A stretch of 61,691 nucleotides of DNA, the filler included, from Syncephalis fuscata S228 (Eukaryota; Fungi; Zoopagomycota): assembly GCA_025786725.1 (NCBI GenBank). It is 5 parts of 5 records of this genome, joined end to end, with 100 filler letters (N's around TTAATTAATTAA, not from the genome) between each part and the next. Parts side by side here need not be neighbours in the genome. Positions count along the whole stretch, not along the records: positions 1 to 20,710 come from JAHLTZ010000161.1; 4 more parts are not named here. One strand, 5' to 3'. Positions 1-11,659 of the stretch are shown piece by piece; positions within the stretch are counted from its first letter, which is position 1; each line of letters opens with the position of its first letter. The position numbers and the translations under genes are program-made. Under the pieces are notes generated by a model. That model ran no database searches, had not been told where the DNA came from, and was given only the letters and a program-made list of their open reading frames with translations.

Positions 1-1190
1 TTATGGGTCAAGCATATGAAGATTTGAATAGTATGAAAGAGTGTCTTATTCCTATTGGTAATACATTAATTAGAATACTTAATTAACTTGATTAACTGAT
101 TATATTATATTATATATTATATATATTGTTGTTATTAGATCCAAGCCATACAGTTAATTTAAAATTATTTCCAGTTTTATCTCAGCCACCACTGATTAAA
201 GATTATGTGGTACCAATATTAACTGCACCAGTAGAACGATTAGATCTTGATAATTGGGATATTACAGCACGAAAGGTAAATGATTGCATCCGTTTATATA
301 TTATTAGTTAATATAGCTGTTTAATACAACCATTTAGATTTTTAGAACATATCGATGGTATAGCACCTATTCGGCGAGTTGCAGAAATGGCCGATGTTGA
401 TACAGATAAAGTTCGTCGACTAGTACGACATTTAATGTAATTGATTATTTTATTGTTATAAATTTATTTAAATAGCTAACATTTACTCGTTTTGCTATAT
501 AGCTATTATGGCAGCGCTGTTGTTGTCGATATATTTCAAGTAGGCGATGCTGTAGATGACAGTGTTATTTATGTAATGCTAACATTATATAGTATTCCAA
601 TAGCTATACTCTACTAGATGGCGCAACCGAACTAGTCGATGACCCACAACAACAACAAGAATGTATGGCATATGTTACAAAACCTGGTACGTTATTAGCA
701 TTAAATAGTAGTTAATAAATAGCTAAATAAATAGTAGGATTTACATCAATTGCATTTTCTCGTATATTTTCACTCTATTGTGCTCTTAGACCAGGTATTG
801 CACTAAAGGATTGGATACGTGACCATCAGGCCGATCTTAATAGCATTGATGTTCGGTATGTATTGTGTTTATGTAAAGCACCAACAATTAAGCATAGTAA
901 ATATAGACGCATGATGGCATTTGGTGTAATCCATCGTTTATTACGTCGTGTCCATTGTTATCCTTATTTACCCGAGGATAGAAGACGCCATGTACCAGTA
1001 GCACTACAACGGTAAGTATTTGTTAATAAATGAGCTTTAATCTATTTTTAATACAATAATAATAATAATAATTAGATATCTTGATGGCACACATCATTAT
1101 GATGAAATAGGTGTAGCACTAGGATACAATTCATTTGAATTACGTGAGATATTAACAAAAGATGCTGCATTTATTGAAATAAATCGTTAA
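1..1190 (+). CDS. NPR2: Nitrogen permease regulator 2 / NPRL2 (GATOR1-SEACIT subunit), 5'-partial, multi-exon
   Basis: Spliced exons read ..ECLIPI|DPSHTVNLKLFP..VPI..NWDITARK|ILEHIDGIAPIRRVAEMADVD..; IDVR|RMMAFGVIHRLLRRVHCYP; LDGTHHYDEI. These match the NPR2 family. Stop TAA at 1188-1190. Confidence 0.85.
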
Positions 1191-1376
1191 TTTTGATTGA
1201 CCCAGTGTTAGATTGCTAATGTGTAAATATAAAAATAATGTGACAAATACTTGGATGACGTGTTCAACCTCGCTTGTTCTTTCCTCGTATTTCTTCTACT
1301 TTACTGTTATCGTTGTCGTTGTTGCTGTGCTAAAACCTATCTATTCATCGTCTACTCGTGCTAAATTATAGGCAAT

Positions 1377-2454
1377 ATGAGTCGATCTTCCGGTTACGAT
1401 CGGCATATTACTATCTTCTCGCCTGAAGGTCGTCTCTATCAAGTCGGTGAGTTGCAAAGGTTGCGGCACTAGATGACGATAGATTAACAAGCCTGGCTTG
1501 GATGAATCATATAGAGTATGCATTCAAGGCTATTTCCAACTCAGGTATTACTTCAGTTGGTGTACGCGGCAAAGATTCAGTAGCTATTATTACACAGAAG
1601 AAAGTGCCAGTAAGTGATAGTGTAGACACAAGTCAATGGCTGTATTAACGTCTCTATTTTAAGGACACATTGTTGGATGCATCGTCAGTGACCAATCTAT
1701 TTGCACTTACGCCCTATGTAGGCTGTGTAATGACCGGTATGACCGGTAAGTTTAGAGCATAGCCACTATTATAAGAAGTAGTTTATTAATATACCACCGC
1801 CATTATTATCGCTATTAATGTTATTAGCGGATGCTCGTATACAAGTAACTCGTGCTCGTCAAGAGGCGGCTGAATATCGGTACAAATACGGATATGAAAT
1901 GCCTACTGATATGCTTGCTAAGCGTATGGCCAATATTAATCAACTATATACGCAACAAGCAGCCATGCGTCCATTGGGTGTATGTACGTAACTGTAACTA
2001 AATACAAACAACCATTCTAAATAAGCCATTCTAACTTTATTAAAGCTATGATTTTGATTGGTGTTGACGATGAAAATGGCCCCATGCTTTACAAGTGTGA
2101 TCCAGCTGGCTATTACGTTGGCTATAAGGCCACCGGTGCTGGAGCCAAACAACAAGAAGTCATTAGCTATCTGGAAAAGAAGCTAAAGCGTGAGCCAGAA
2201 TTGAATTTCGAAGAGACCATTGAGGTAAGTTACTATTAAGTTTATTGCACTACATTTTATTTATTGCCGTTTAATATATATATATATATATGCATATATA
2301 GTTGGCCATTAATACGTTAGCATCGGTGTTGTCGGCTGATTTCAAACCAACTGACGTTGAACTCGCCTATGTCACATCGGATGATCGTCAATTCCGAATC
2401 ATGCCAACCGATGAAATTGAGCGACATCTGCAACGCATTACAGAACGGGATTGA
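1377..2454 (+). CDS. SCL1: 20S proteasome subunit alpha type-6 (alpha1, Scl1), multi-exon
   Basis: N-terminus [23 protein letters not shown] (proteasome alpha signature); [14 protein letters not shown]; [11 protein letters not shown]; [18 protein letters not shown]; canonical introns; TGA at 2452-2454. Confidence 0.93.
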
Positions 2455-2575
2455 TTCATTTCTATTAAAGAAAGCTATGTTTATCACAATGCAATAAATC
2501 ACTCGTTTCAATTACTATAGAATGTTTATAAATAGTTAAATAGTTAAGGATGATGATAACAATATATAGTAGTTG

Positions 2576-2988
2576 TTATGGCGGTGATTGAGTCTCTGGT
2601 TGTTGTTGTTGTTGTTGTATTAGAATTACTTGCCATACAACAAATACTACCCATATTACAATAGTGGCAGCCATTAATATCTAGTGAATGAGCAGTTTAT
2701 AAGTTAATAAATGTTATTAAATACTCCACACTCTTTTACCTTTGTAAATAGACAACAATTAGGTGAAGGAGGACCACGATGTTGTTTGGTCAGCTTCTCA
2801 TTGGATATTAGGTAATGATGTGGTAGATTAAGTCGGACTTCTTTATTATCCACACTAGTAGTTGGTGTTGGATTCAATGGTAATAGTGGATAATGTACCT
2901 CTTGAGTTGTTGGAGTATATAAATGATCGACTACTAAATCGGTCGAGGCATCCACTAGACTATCTTCACTACTACGTGTTGATGTCAT
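2576..2988 (-). CDS. Small two-exon protein (~117 aa) with one C-terminal hydrophobic helix, possibly tail-anchored
   Basis: Exon 2988-2740 (83 codons) ends at AAG|GTAAAA. The intron ends CTAG| and exon 2680-2576 reads ILMAATIVIWVVFVVWQVILIQQQQQQPETQSPP* in frame. No family recognised. Confidence 0.55.
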
Positions 2989-3299
2989 TGACAATATACT
3001 AGCAATGGTATCAATGAATAAATAGTGTTTGGCTGACTAGTAGCTAGTTGGTAAAACGACGAAAAAAGTACGGAGAAGTAATAAGTGACAGAACAAGCCG
3101 CTGTTACAGCTCTGTGTATCATATGCAGCGTTATAACTACCACTAACTAGGCAGCTATACTCCTTGGCCGCATTCATGATTGGTTGTGAATTATTTGTGT
3201 GTTGCACAAAGCTGCAGTCTAAACTATAAGAAGTATACTGAGTTGTAATGCTAAATTGGTAATTAATTAATCAATCGATTAATAATTATAAACGCGTTA

Positions 3300-3604
3300 G
3301 GGGGAGGCGTGGTGGCCTAAACGGTCAACGCGTCTTCCCTAAAGTAGGAAAATGTTGGTTCGCCTAGTTCGAATCTTGTTTTCAGGAAATGCGTGATGGG
3401 ATCCTTCCGTAGAAGAAATGGTCGATATTCCAACACGTGAGGAGAGCCACCAACGGTTTCAGTTGTAGATGGCAGGTTCTGCGTTGCGCGCGGATAGGTT
3501 CGAAATGAACCGTCTATTCTCCTAGGGGTGGCAGACAAATGCTGCAAATGCGCGGTTAGGTCCTACGGACCGTTGTCTCACTTAAGCTAATAAATTCAAA
3601 TTCA
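3300..3604 (+). mobile_element. tRNA-derived SINE, copy 1
   Basis: A-box-like TGGCCTAAACGG and B-box GTTCGAATC in the 5' head; (AAATTC)n tail; 19-bp direct repeat AATAATTATAAACGCGTTA at 3281-3299 and 3605-3623; near-identical copy at 21228-21532. Confidence 0.88.
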
Positions 3605-3704
3605 AATAATTATAAACGCGTTATTTAACACTAATAAATAAATAAAGCAATAATACAACGGTAATTAACGGTATAATGTTTTATTCAACGTGCTAATAGG
3701 CCGA

Positions 3705-4894
3705 TTAGTTTTCGAGCACTAGACTGATACCAACTTTGTGGGCACTCTCGTTCAAACGAGTGGTGTCGAAGCTACCACCAAGTGATACCTTAACACCGGC
3801 ACGAAGGCGCTGCGTATAGCCAAGACCGAGACGGCCACCGTTATCAATCTTCGCCTTAACAAAAGCATCCTTATCCAAAAAGTATTTGGAACCAAGTTCA
3901 AGAGCTACTGGAGCATTCTTTGTCTTGGAGTCCCAGGTAGCCTTGGCACCGACTTCAACATCTGGATTGACGCGATGGAAGAACGAAGCGGAGTAGACGG
4001 TCAAACCGCTAGTGCTACAATAGCCAATGGCATATATGCATTATTAGTTTAGCGTAAATAATGATCAATAATCAACTTACGCATGAAGAGCCACTGCGTA
4101 TTGAGGTGCAGAATAGCCAACAGCCGAGCTGTAACGCGTAACATTGCCATTAAGCACATCGTAGCTAACATCGGCACCGAATAAAAATCCTTCGTGTCTA
4201 TTATATTATAGTTAGCATTCATATTCCATCTACTATCGCTATTAACGACTTGTACTTACCCAAATACAATATCGCCAGTAAAGCTAGGACCCTTGAATAG
4301 ATCGACAGTACCACGGGTGAACACACCTGGTTGCTTATAGTTAATGCCGACCTTGGCTGTCTTTTGACTAATACGTAGCAATATAAGTAAAGTATAGACA
4401 ACAACAAACCAAATAAATTACTTACCCAACAGCCGGCAACAATGAAGCATTAATATCCAACTTCAATCCCTTGGCTACTTTATTCTCCAATTCTACTTGG
4501 GCACTTAGAACGTTCTTGGTGTTCCAGGTATTGGTCACCGTCAAGCCTGTAAAGTATAGTATGGTATATTCGTTTATTGTCCCCAATAACTTGTTCTACT
4601 GCCTAATACGTACCGTTCTTATAGTCGGAGTATTTGGCCTTAAGCTCGCCATTAATAACTCCCGACTTGCTTTCTTGCGCGCCATTGACAGTGAAGCTCT
4701 ATAGTTGACGCGTAGTATGACATAGGATGGACGTTGATTAAAACCCACTTGTTTATCGCGCTCTATTTTCCACTTACCACGCCATTAGGTGTCTTGGTCG
4801 TCACTTCAAGCTTGACTGTGCCAACTGGGTAGTCGCGACCCAAAAGATCACCCACTGACTTGCCAATATCTCCGTATTTAACCGTGGTAGCCAT
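3705..4894 (-). CDS. POR1: Mitochondrial outer-membrane porin (VDAC), multi-exon
   Basis: MATTVKYGDIGK..KTPNGV; C-terminal exon ASFFHRVNPDVEVGAKATWDSK..KAKIDNGGRLGLGYTQRLRAGVKVSLGGSFD..HKVGISLVLEN*. Confidence 0.93.
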
Positions 4895-5452
4895 AATATA
4901 CTAGATGAATAGACTGTCAACAACAACAACAAGTAGCAACAGTAGTAGAAGTGGTAGAAGTAGAAGTAGAAGTAGCGCAACTGTGCAAACGAAAAAGAAG
5001 AGTAGCTGCAGTGGACATGTGGTGTCGGATGAGTTCGGAACATGTGTACCACTGTGTGTGTACACAAATGAGTCGATATTGAGAGGAAACAAAAAACTGG
5101 CATTCAAAACTTGTAATTTAATTCATTGACCAATCAAAGAAATGCCACGTCAACGACATAACAACACGATTTCATATCCGTTATTGTATACACTATTATA
5201 GTTCATCCAATGAACACTATAGTAATAGTCATAGTCATATTTATAGTTATATTATACAGCAATGTTAGTTACTATAACAGCTATATCGATAATGGTAATA
5301 TAATCATGGTTATATTTATTGAATAGTATAAAACTAAATGATAAGCAAGTATTGATGTCGTATAAACAGTAATACTAGATTGCTTTTATGGTTCGTGCTA
5401 CGAGAAAATATTCTGCGTTCTTAATAATACTAAACGTAATAGAGTAGTAAAA

Positions 5453-6012
5453 TTAAGCCTTGGTCAAAATAGATTCATCGTCGATGTCGCTAATATCGTT
5501 CGCTTGAATCTCTTTAATATCGCCTAGCTTATCTTTAAGCGCGCTCTTACTGCCGGCGTAAATCATCTTTTGCTTAACGCCCAAATTATCTGGCACCCTA
5601 TTAATGACCATCAGTTAATTACTATCAATGATACACGTATGGCTAAATAGTAGAATACTACTTACCAGGCGATAAAGCAAAGCTTGCTGCGCTTGCCTTC
5701 TCCAGCAATCTCATACTCGTGATCCACAATAACGTAGTAGGCCCTGTCCTCAGATAGATTTTTTACAAGGTCATCGTGAGTACCGCTGGCAATCGTTTTT
5801 TCGACTACAATCTCTTCATTTTTAATACCGAGAAAGATGTATTTATATTTGCGGTCCTTCTTCAATTCTTGGAATGTCGTAAGACACTCATCTGATACTT
5901 GTACACCGGTGGACTATAAACAATAGGATATATGCATGAGTTCATTAAACTGGCTTCATCATCTGGCGCATATAGTTGATAGCAACGACGATGCCTATTC
6001 TACACTTACCAT
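5453..6012 (-). CDS. COF1: Cofilin / actin-depolymerising factor
   Basis: The first coding exon is ATG alone (6010-6012) followed by GTAAGT. Then STGVQVSDECLTTFQELKKDRKYKYIF..GEGKRSKLCFIAW|VPDNLGVKQKMIYAGSKSALK..EIQAND. Confidence 0.9.
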
Positions 6013-7334
6013 GATGAAACGAACGGTTCAATGAACAGAAAGATGAAGAGAAACAAGTAATGGCGCGTAGGATGACGCAAGAGCCACAGATAAGATGAAA
6101 GAGTAGTGAAAGAGAGAAAGAGAAAGAAAAGGAATGAGTTGATAGCAATAAAGGTCAAAGTGAACCTCGTTGTGTTGAGAGGATACGATGGTCATTTTAT
6201 AGGTGACCAACCAACTGACGTGGACATGTTCCAAATGGCCAGATTGGCGCATATATCGTCATCATCAGTATTAACATCGTTAATACCTATAATAACCATA
6301 ATATTAATATTAGTAATTTCTAATAGATATTATCACAAGATATATCAGCTTGTACTGACTACACGTGATATGCACAAACATAAACACATGAACAATTGAC
6401 TCAATTCTTGGCAAAGTAATTTAGATTAAAAGTAGATTGATAGAATATTAAATAGAATAAATACAATTAGATTAGATTAGATAGATTTACACAATATAGT
6501 CATATTAATATGAGCATAAACACTGTTACTAATGCTACTGATAATTATATTGTATTATAGATGTAATTATATTGTATTTACGAAGTGTGTTTGTGTGTAG
6601 TAAAATAGTATCAACGATCTGTAGATTAATTGTATGGATACGCTCCAGACGAATAAAGCGACTGCTGATTAAACAGACACATAGAGTGAGTGAGTGGATG
6701 AGTGAGTAGGTTAAAGAAGCGAACTTGTAATAAAGACAATGAATATAAGCGTACGTCGCTATCCACAACAGAAATAGACTGCGCTGATATTAGACGAGAA
6801 GCGCAACTAGAGGGCGCAAACTATCCCATCTACGGTTTGTCGATGTGGATGAGACGGAAACGCCAATGAATGAGGATAAGGGAAAGTAGGAAAGATAACA
6901 CGTTGTATTGGCCGTATTATATATACGCAACCATCGTACATCTATCAAAGATGATACAATATATATGTATATATACTAACCAGATATACAAAATATGAAT
7001 TGTATGTATGTGTATGTGTGTCTGTATATTGTTATGGTTGTTGTTGTTGTCGTCATCGGCGCCAGATAGGGCGCGTCAGTGTACTATAGATTGTCATTAT
7101 AAACAATAGGCAAACTATTCATCTTATCAATAGAAATTGAAATATTGTGGCATCTGAACAAGCACAGGCAACAGCAGCAAAAGGGCGCACCCGCACAAAG
7201 ACGAACTAGCAAGCAGACAAACAAACAAACAAAAGGGTAGTGGAAATAGTGAGTAGGAGGCGGATGACGTGTAATAGCAATAGTGGTGTATATATAGGAA
7301 GGAAATGAAACAACAGATCAATTCATGGCCCATA

Positions 7335-8318
7335 TTACTTCGTACTAATAGAATTGCCATTTGTAGGCACTTCCATTTCGTAGAAGCGGCATAAATGACG
7401 TTCAGCTCTTCGGTATTCGCGTTTAAGCCGTGCCAATAGTTCAATACCACGAGCAAGTGCAGCATCATCGTCAATCTCGGGAAGACTTGCTTCATCGGCA
7501 CTGGCCCGACTATGCTGGATCTTTTCACAAGTATCCTCGACCTTTTGGAGACCAAGTGTTGCCGAGCTGCCCTTTAAGAAATGGCCAAGTTTGGCATAGC
7601 TTTCTAGGTTCTTATCCTCACTATATATATATATATATATATATGTGTATATAATATGATTAGTTTAATAATAACATTATTAATAACAAATAACAATAAT
7701 AACAATAATAAATAATAACAGTCATATGGCTATATACTAATGGTTATTGTCATTCTATTACTTACATTGCTTTATCCATTTCACCAAATGTTGTATGAGC
7801 TTGTTCAAAAAAGTTGATAACAATGGATTTTGAGAATTCATGCTCGTCATCGTCATCCATTTCAAGTAGCTGTCCAAATACTGCATCGTTGATAATATCA
7901 TCGCCATCATCGTCGTCTTCTTCTTCTTCGTCGTCTTCTTCTTCAATTTCCTTCTTTGCTAATGCCTCAGTTTGGGCATTTTTAGCCTTATCATCCTCCT
8001 TCTCATTTGCAACTACTGGCGCGGTCTCCTATTGGTTATTTACAAATATATGCGCATTGTTAGTCGATATGCAATCATGCAGCATAAGCAAGCAGTGGTC
8101 GAATCAATCTATCATAAAGTGCATACCTCGGTTAAAGAGTTAGCCGTATTAGCCACGTCTCCGCCTTTTGTTGCAGCCAACTTGCTGTTAGTTGCTTCTG
8201 CAGCACCATCCTTTGCAGATATATCTGCTGCTGTTGATGCTGCTGCCACTACTGCAGTTGCTGTCTCGCTTTGTGCATTCTGCGTAATAATAGTGGTGGT
8301 TAGCATACAGTGTTGCAT
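7335..8318 (-). CDS. YPD1: Histidine phosphotransfer (HPt) protein, Ypd1/Mpr1-like, with Ala/Thr- and acid-rich N-terminal extension
   Basis: Spliced exons give VFGQLLEMDDDEHEFSKSIVINFFEQAHTTFGEMDKA..LGHFLKGSSATLGLQKVEDTCEKIQH, containing the HPt phospho-His motif HFLKGSS. Start codon uncertain (8318 or 8306). Confidence 0.88.
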
Positions 8319-11300
8319 AAACAATGCCTTCCTTTCGCCACGCCATAGATTGGATAGACCCAGGAATGAACCAAGGCGACCCGGTCTATTCTATCACGCA
8401 AGCATGGCGAATAGAAGAAAAAGGTCTGATGATGACTAGTATACTTGCCTTGGTAGCCATTATCGCAGTATATAAATCTACGTATGATAATTTATCCTTG
8501 AAAAATGAAACCTGCGGCAATCTTGTGGCAAAAGCAAAGAAAACAAGAAACAAAGTTTAGTGAGTGAATACCAAGTAAAAAAGGAAGACAAGCACTATTT
8601 TATAGGCGAATGACGCAATACAATTCCAATACGATGAAATAGCGTCAAGCCCGATACAAAGATAGAAAGAGGTGGCGGTAGCTATGAAAGACAGACGTGG
8701 CACACCGACAGCTGTCTCTTGCTTTCTTCAAGCTGACGCTGACTTGCCCGTAAAATAAAGAACTAGATTGTTCGAAAATACAAAAGATACAATAGCAAAT
8801 AGAAAGTGCTACTGATTCGTAAAAAAAGCTTCCAAATCACGCGAACTTGCACAGTGATAGTGGGAAAGTAGGACAACAATCTGAAATGGTAAGAAGTAGT
8901 AGCTGCCCAGCCGTTACAGTGAGTATGGCAATTACACAAGTGGTTTGTTGACGCTAAGCCTAATCTGGTAACGTCAGAGTTAAAGATTGAGAAATAAAGA
9001 AGAATTGGACGGTGCACGAGGGGTCACTCGGTCGGTCAACAACGACAGTAATCGATGAATAGAAAGAAGATGCAGAAGAGTTGAAAGAACAAACGCGTCT
9101 GAGTTATGACTATTAGGTGGGGTATCATTTATAGATGTGTATTTATATGTGTATATGTACATATTTGTATTAACACCACCCATATTATATTATATGTATT
9201 ATACATAGTATACATTTTATACATATTATATATATATGATATCAATTAATAAATTAAAATTAAAAGTGTACTAATAACTATTCAAAACGCTTATAAATAT
9301 AATACAACTACTTTGATAAACAAGTAATAACCAACACCAGTATTAATGTATATATATATATATATACAGTAACTATACTAAAACACACACACGCACACTT
9401 CTAACTAACAAGTTATTTGAAAACATGACCCATCCATATTGATATTTACATTGTCATAAACAAGTATGGCTGGTTAGTCATAATGACACCTTATACTAAC
9501 AACACAAATTATGTCACAAGTGGAAAGACGCTTTGTTACATACATGGATATTCATAGATATTGATAAAAGAGGAATAATAACAATAACAATAAACATAAC
9601 AGCCGTCACCTTCAATTACTTACCCGTGACATCCACTCAATAACCGACATGGCTCAATAGCAAGTAGAAAAGGTAGGAAAAGCAGATTTAACGGATCATA
9701 ATGAGCACGAGCGTTGGAATAGTAAAGATGGCCGTTGTATCCAAAATACATCATGTCATATGGCGACGATGGCAATGATTGCGTATTTGTGGTCTGGACG
9801 GACGGCAAAGAAGTATAGGTCATCGATTCGCCCATATCTATTATCAGCTTACTTGATAGTTAAGTAATAAACAATGACCTTGTAATATAGTGGTAGTAGT
9901 CAATAATGGTTACTATCTAGGCAAAAAAAGGAAATCTAATTAGACTAATAATAAAATCAGTCCTGGGTGGGTGGTGGGGTTCAATGCAACTGGACAAAAG
10001 GCCAGAATAAAGATAGTACGGGTTTATAACAAAGGCGAGAGTAACGACGATCAATAGAAAATAGATTCGCGTTATATACGAAAATGGTTGTCAAAATAAA
10101 CAAGTGACTAGAATGGAGCAATATAAAAGTTTAAACGCAACGGTAAAAAACGAACGCAATAGTGTAGAAGGAGCAATAGTGAATCGATATAGTAGAGGCG
10201 ACAGTAGTGAAAATAATAATAATAGACGATATAGAAAACAGTATAAAAACGAAAGACTATGACGATGGACGGTATAGAATGATACTAGTTCGGAGGACGA
10301 GTCCAACGACTTTGCCAACAAATAGGAACTATTTATACATAATTAGAAAGCTTGAATTATGAGTTCCGGGTATTTGAATTGCAGGACAGACACGCATGCG
10401 CACACGCGACAGTATAATGGATTTAATAAGGAAAGCTTGTTTGTAATAATATGTTATTAATCAACAACATATTGCTTATATCATTCTAGTAATTAACTAA
10501 TTAACTAATTAAATTAAATTATTTATTAAATCTATGTATGTGTATATTTTATTGCTAATGGCACTTTTAATAATTAAATTGCCAATGTTAATAGATGAAA
10601 ACGTCAGCGGTTTAATTGAACGGCAGCAGCGGTAGACGCAGCAGCAAACGCAGACGCAAAAGCAAGTCGGATGAATATCATGCAATGCATTAACCATGAA
10701 TGCATCGACTAATGAATAGAAAAAGTCAATAGCCATTTTGTTGTTGTTGTTGTTGTTGTCGTAAATTGACTAATTGAGTGAATGAATGGAATTTGTAAAA
10801 TTGAACCTGCAGTTATCTGTCCTCACTCATTCAATCATTCAATTACACTCATACTTCGTATGCAGCCATTTTCTACTACCTTTTCTCCGCCTTATCCGAT
10901 GTATTTTCGTTTGTGTTCACCATCGCTTGTTCTTACTCGTTCCTGCCATCTGAATCTGACAAAATCGCCGAATCTCTGCAGCCTCCCTTGCTTCTATAGG
11001 ACGTAGACACCCAACCAACCACCACCCAGTCACAGAGAGAGAGAAAGACGGAGAGAGGGAGAAAGTAAGTGCGCGTGATTGGCCAACCGATACGCAGAGT
11101 GCCGTTGAGAAACAACAGAGCAACCTATACATACAGAGTGTGAGTGAGCGACATATACAGAGACAGAGACATATACAGAGAGAGAGAGTCAATGTACACG
11201 CGTGTACCCGAACCAAAGGCGTCATGTCCCTTTGTTGTGAACCCTTGTAGACTTATTGGCTACAAGTAGTAATATTCTACCGGTTAATCCCTGATACATG

Positions 11301-11659
11301 TTCAAAAACACGCATATTTAGTGTATTAACAAGTATTACAACCATATATATATACACGCGACTCATCAGTGTGCTTACGATTGCACTGCACTGTTTTGTA
11401 ACCAACCAAGTGGGTAGGTGTCATTTGCGCTGTAAAACGATCTTCATGACTTCATAGCGTGTACACGTATGCACGACCATGCGGCGCGCTACGAACAAGC
11501 CATCCATGCTGTTAGTTAAGGGGCGGGATATGACTGGTGGTGGTGACGGGCCGACCAGCCTAAATGCTATAACGAGTTACTTACACGTGTATGCTCTGTG
11601 ATGTAGAAATTCAATCATTATTGCCAAGCAGCAGCATTCATACTTAGTGTTTTAGCAGT

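Noticed and set aside
3300-3385. Functional tRNA gene
   Set aside because: A and B boxes are present, but there is no proper acceptor stem or anticodon arm. It is the head of a TSD-flanked repeat.
3317-3547. 76-aa and 69-aa minus-strand ORFs (also 21266-21475)
   Set aside because: Antisense to the SINE, TTG start, and the frame differs between copies because of a 1-nt indel.
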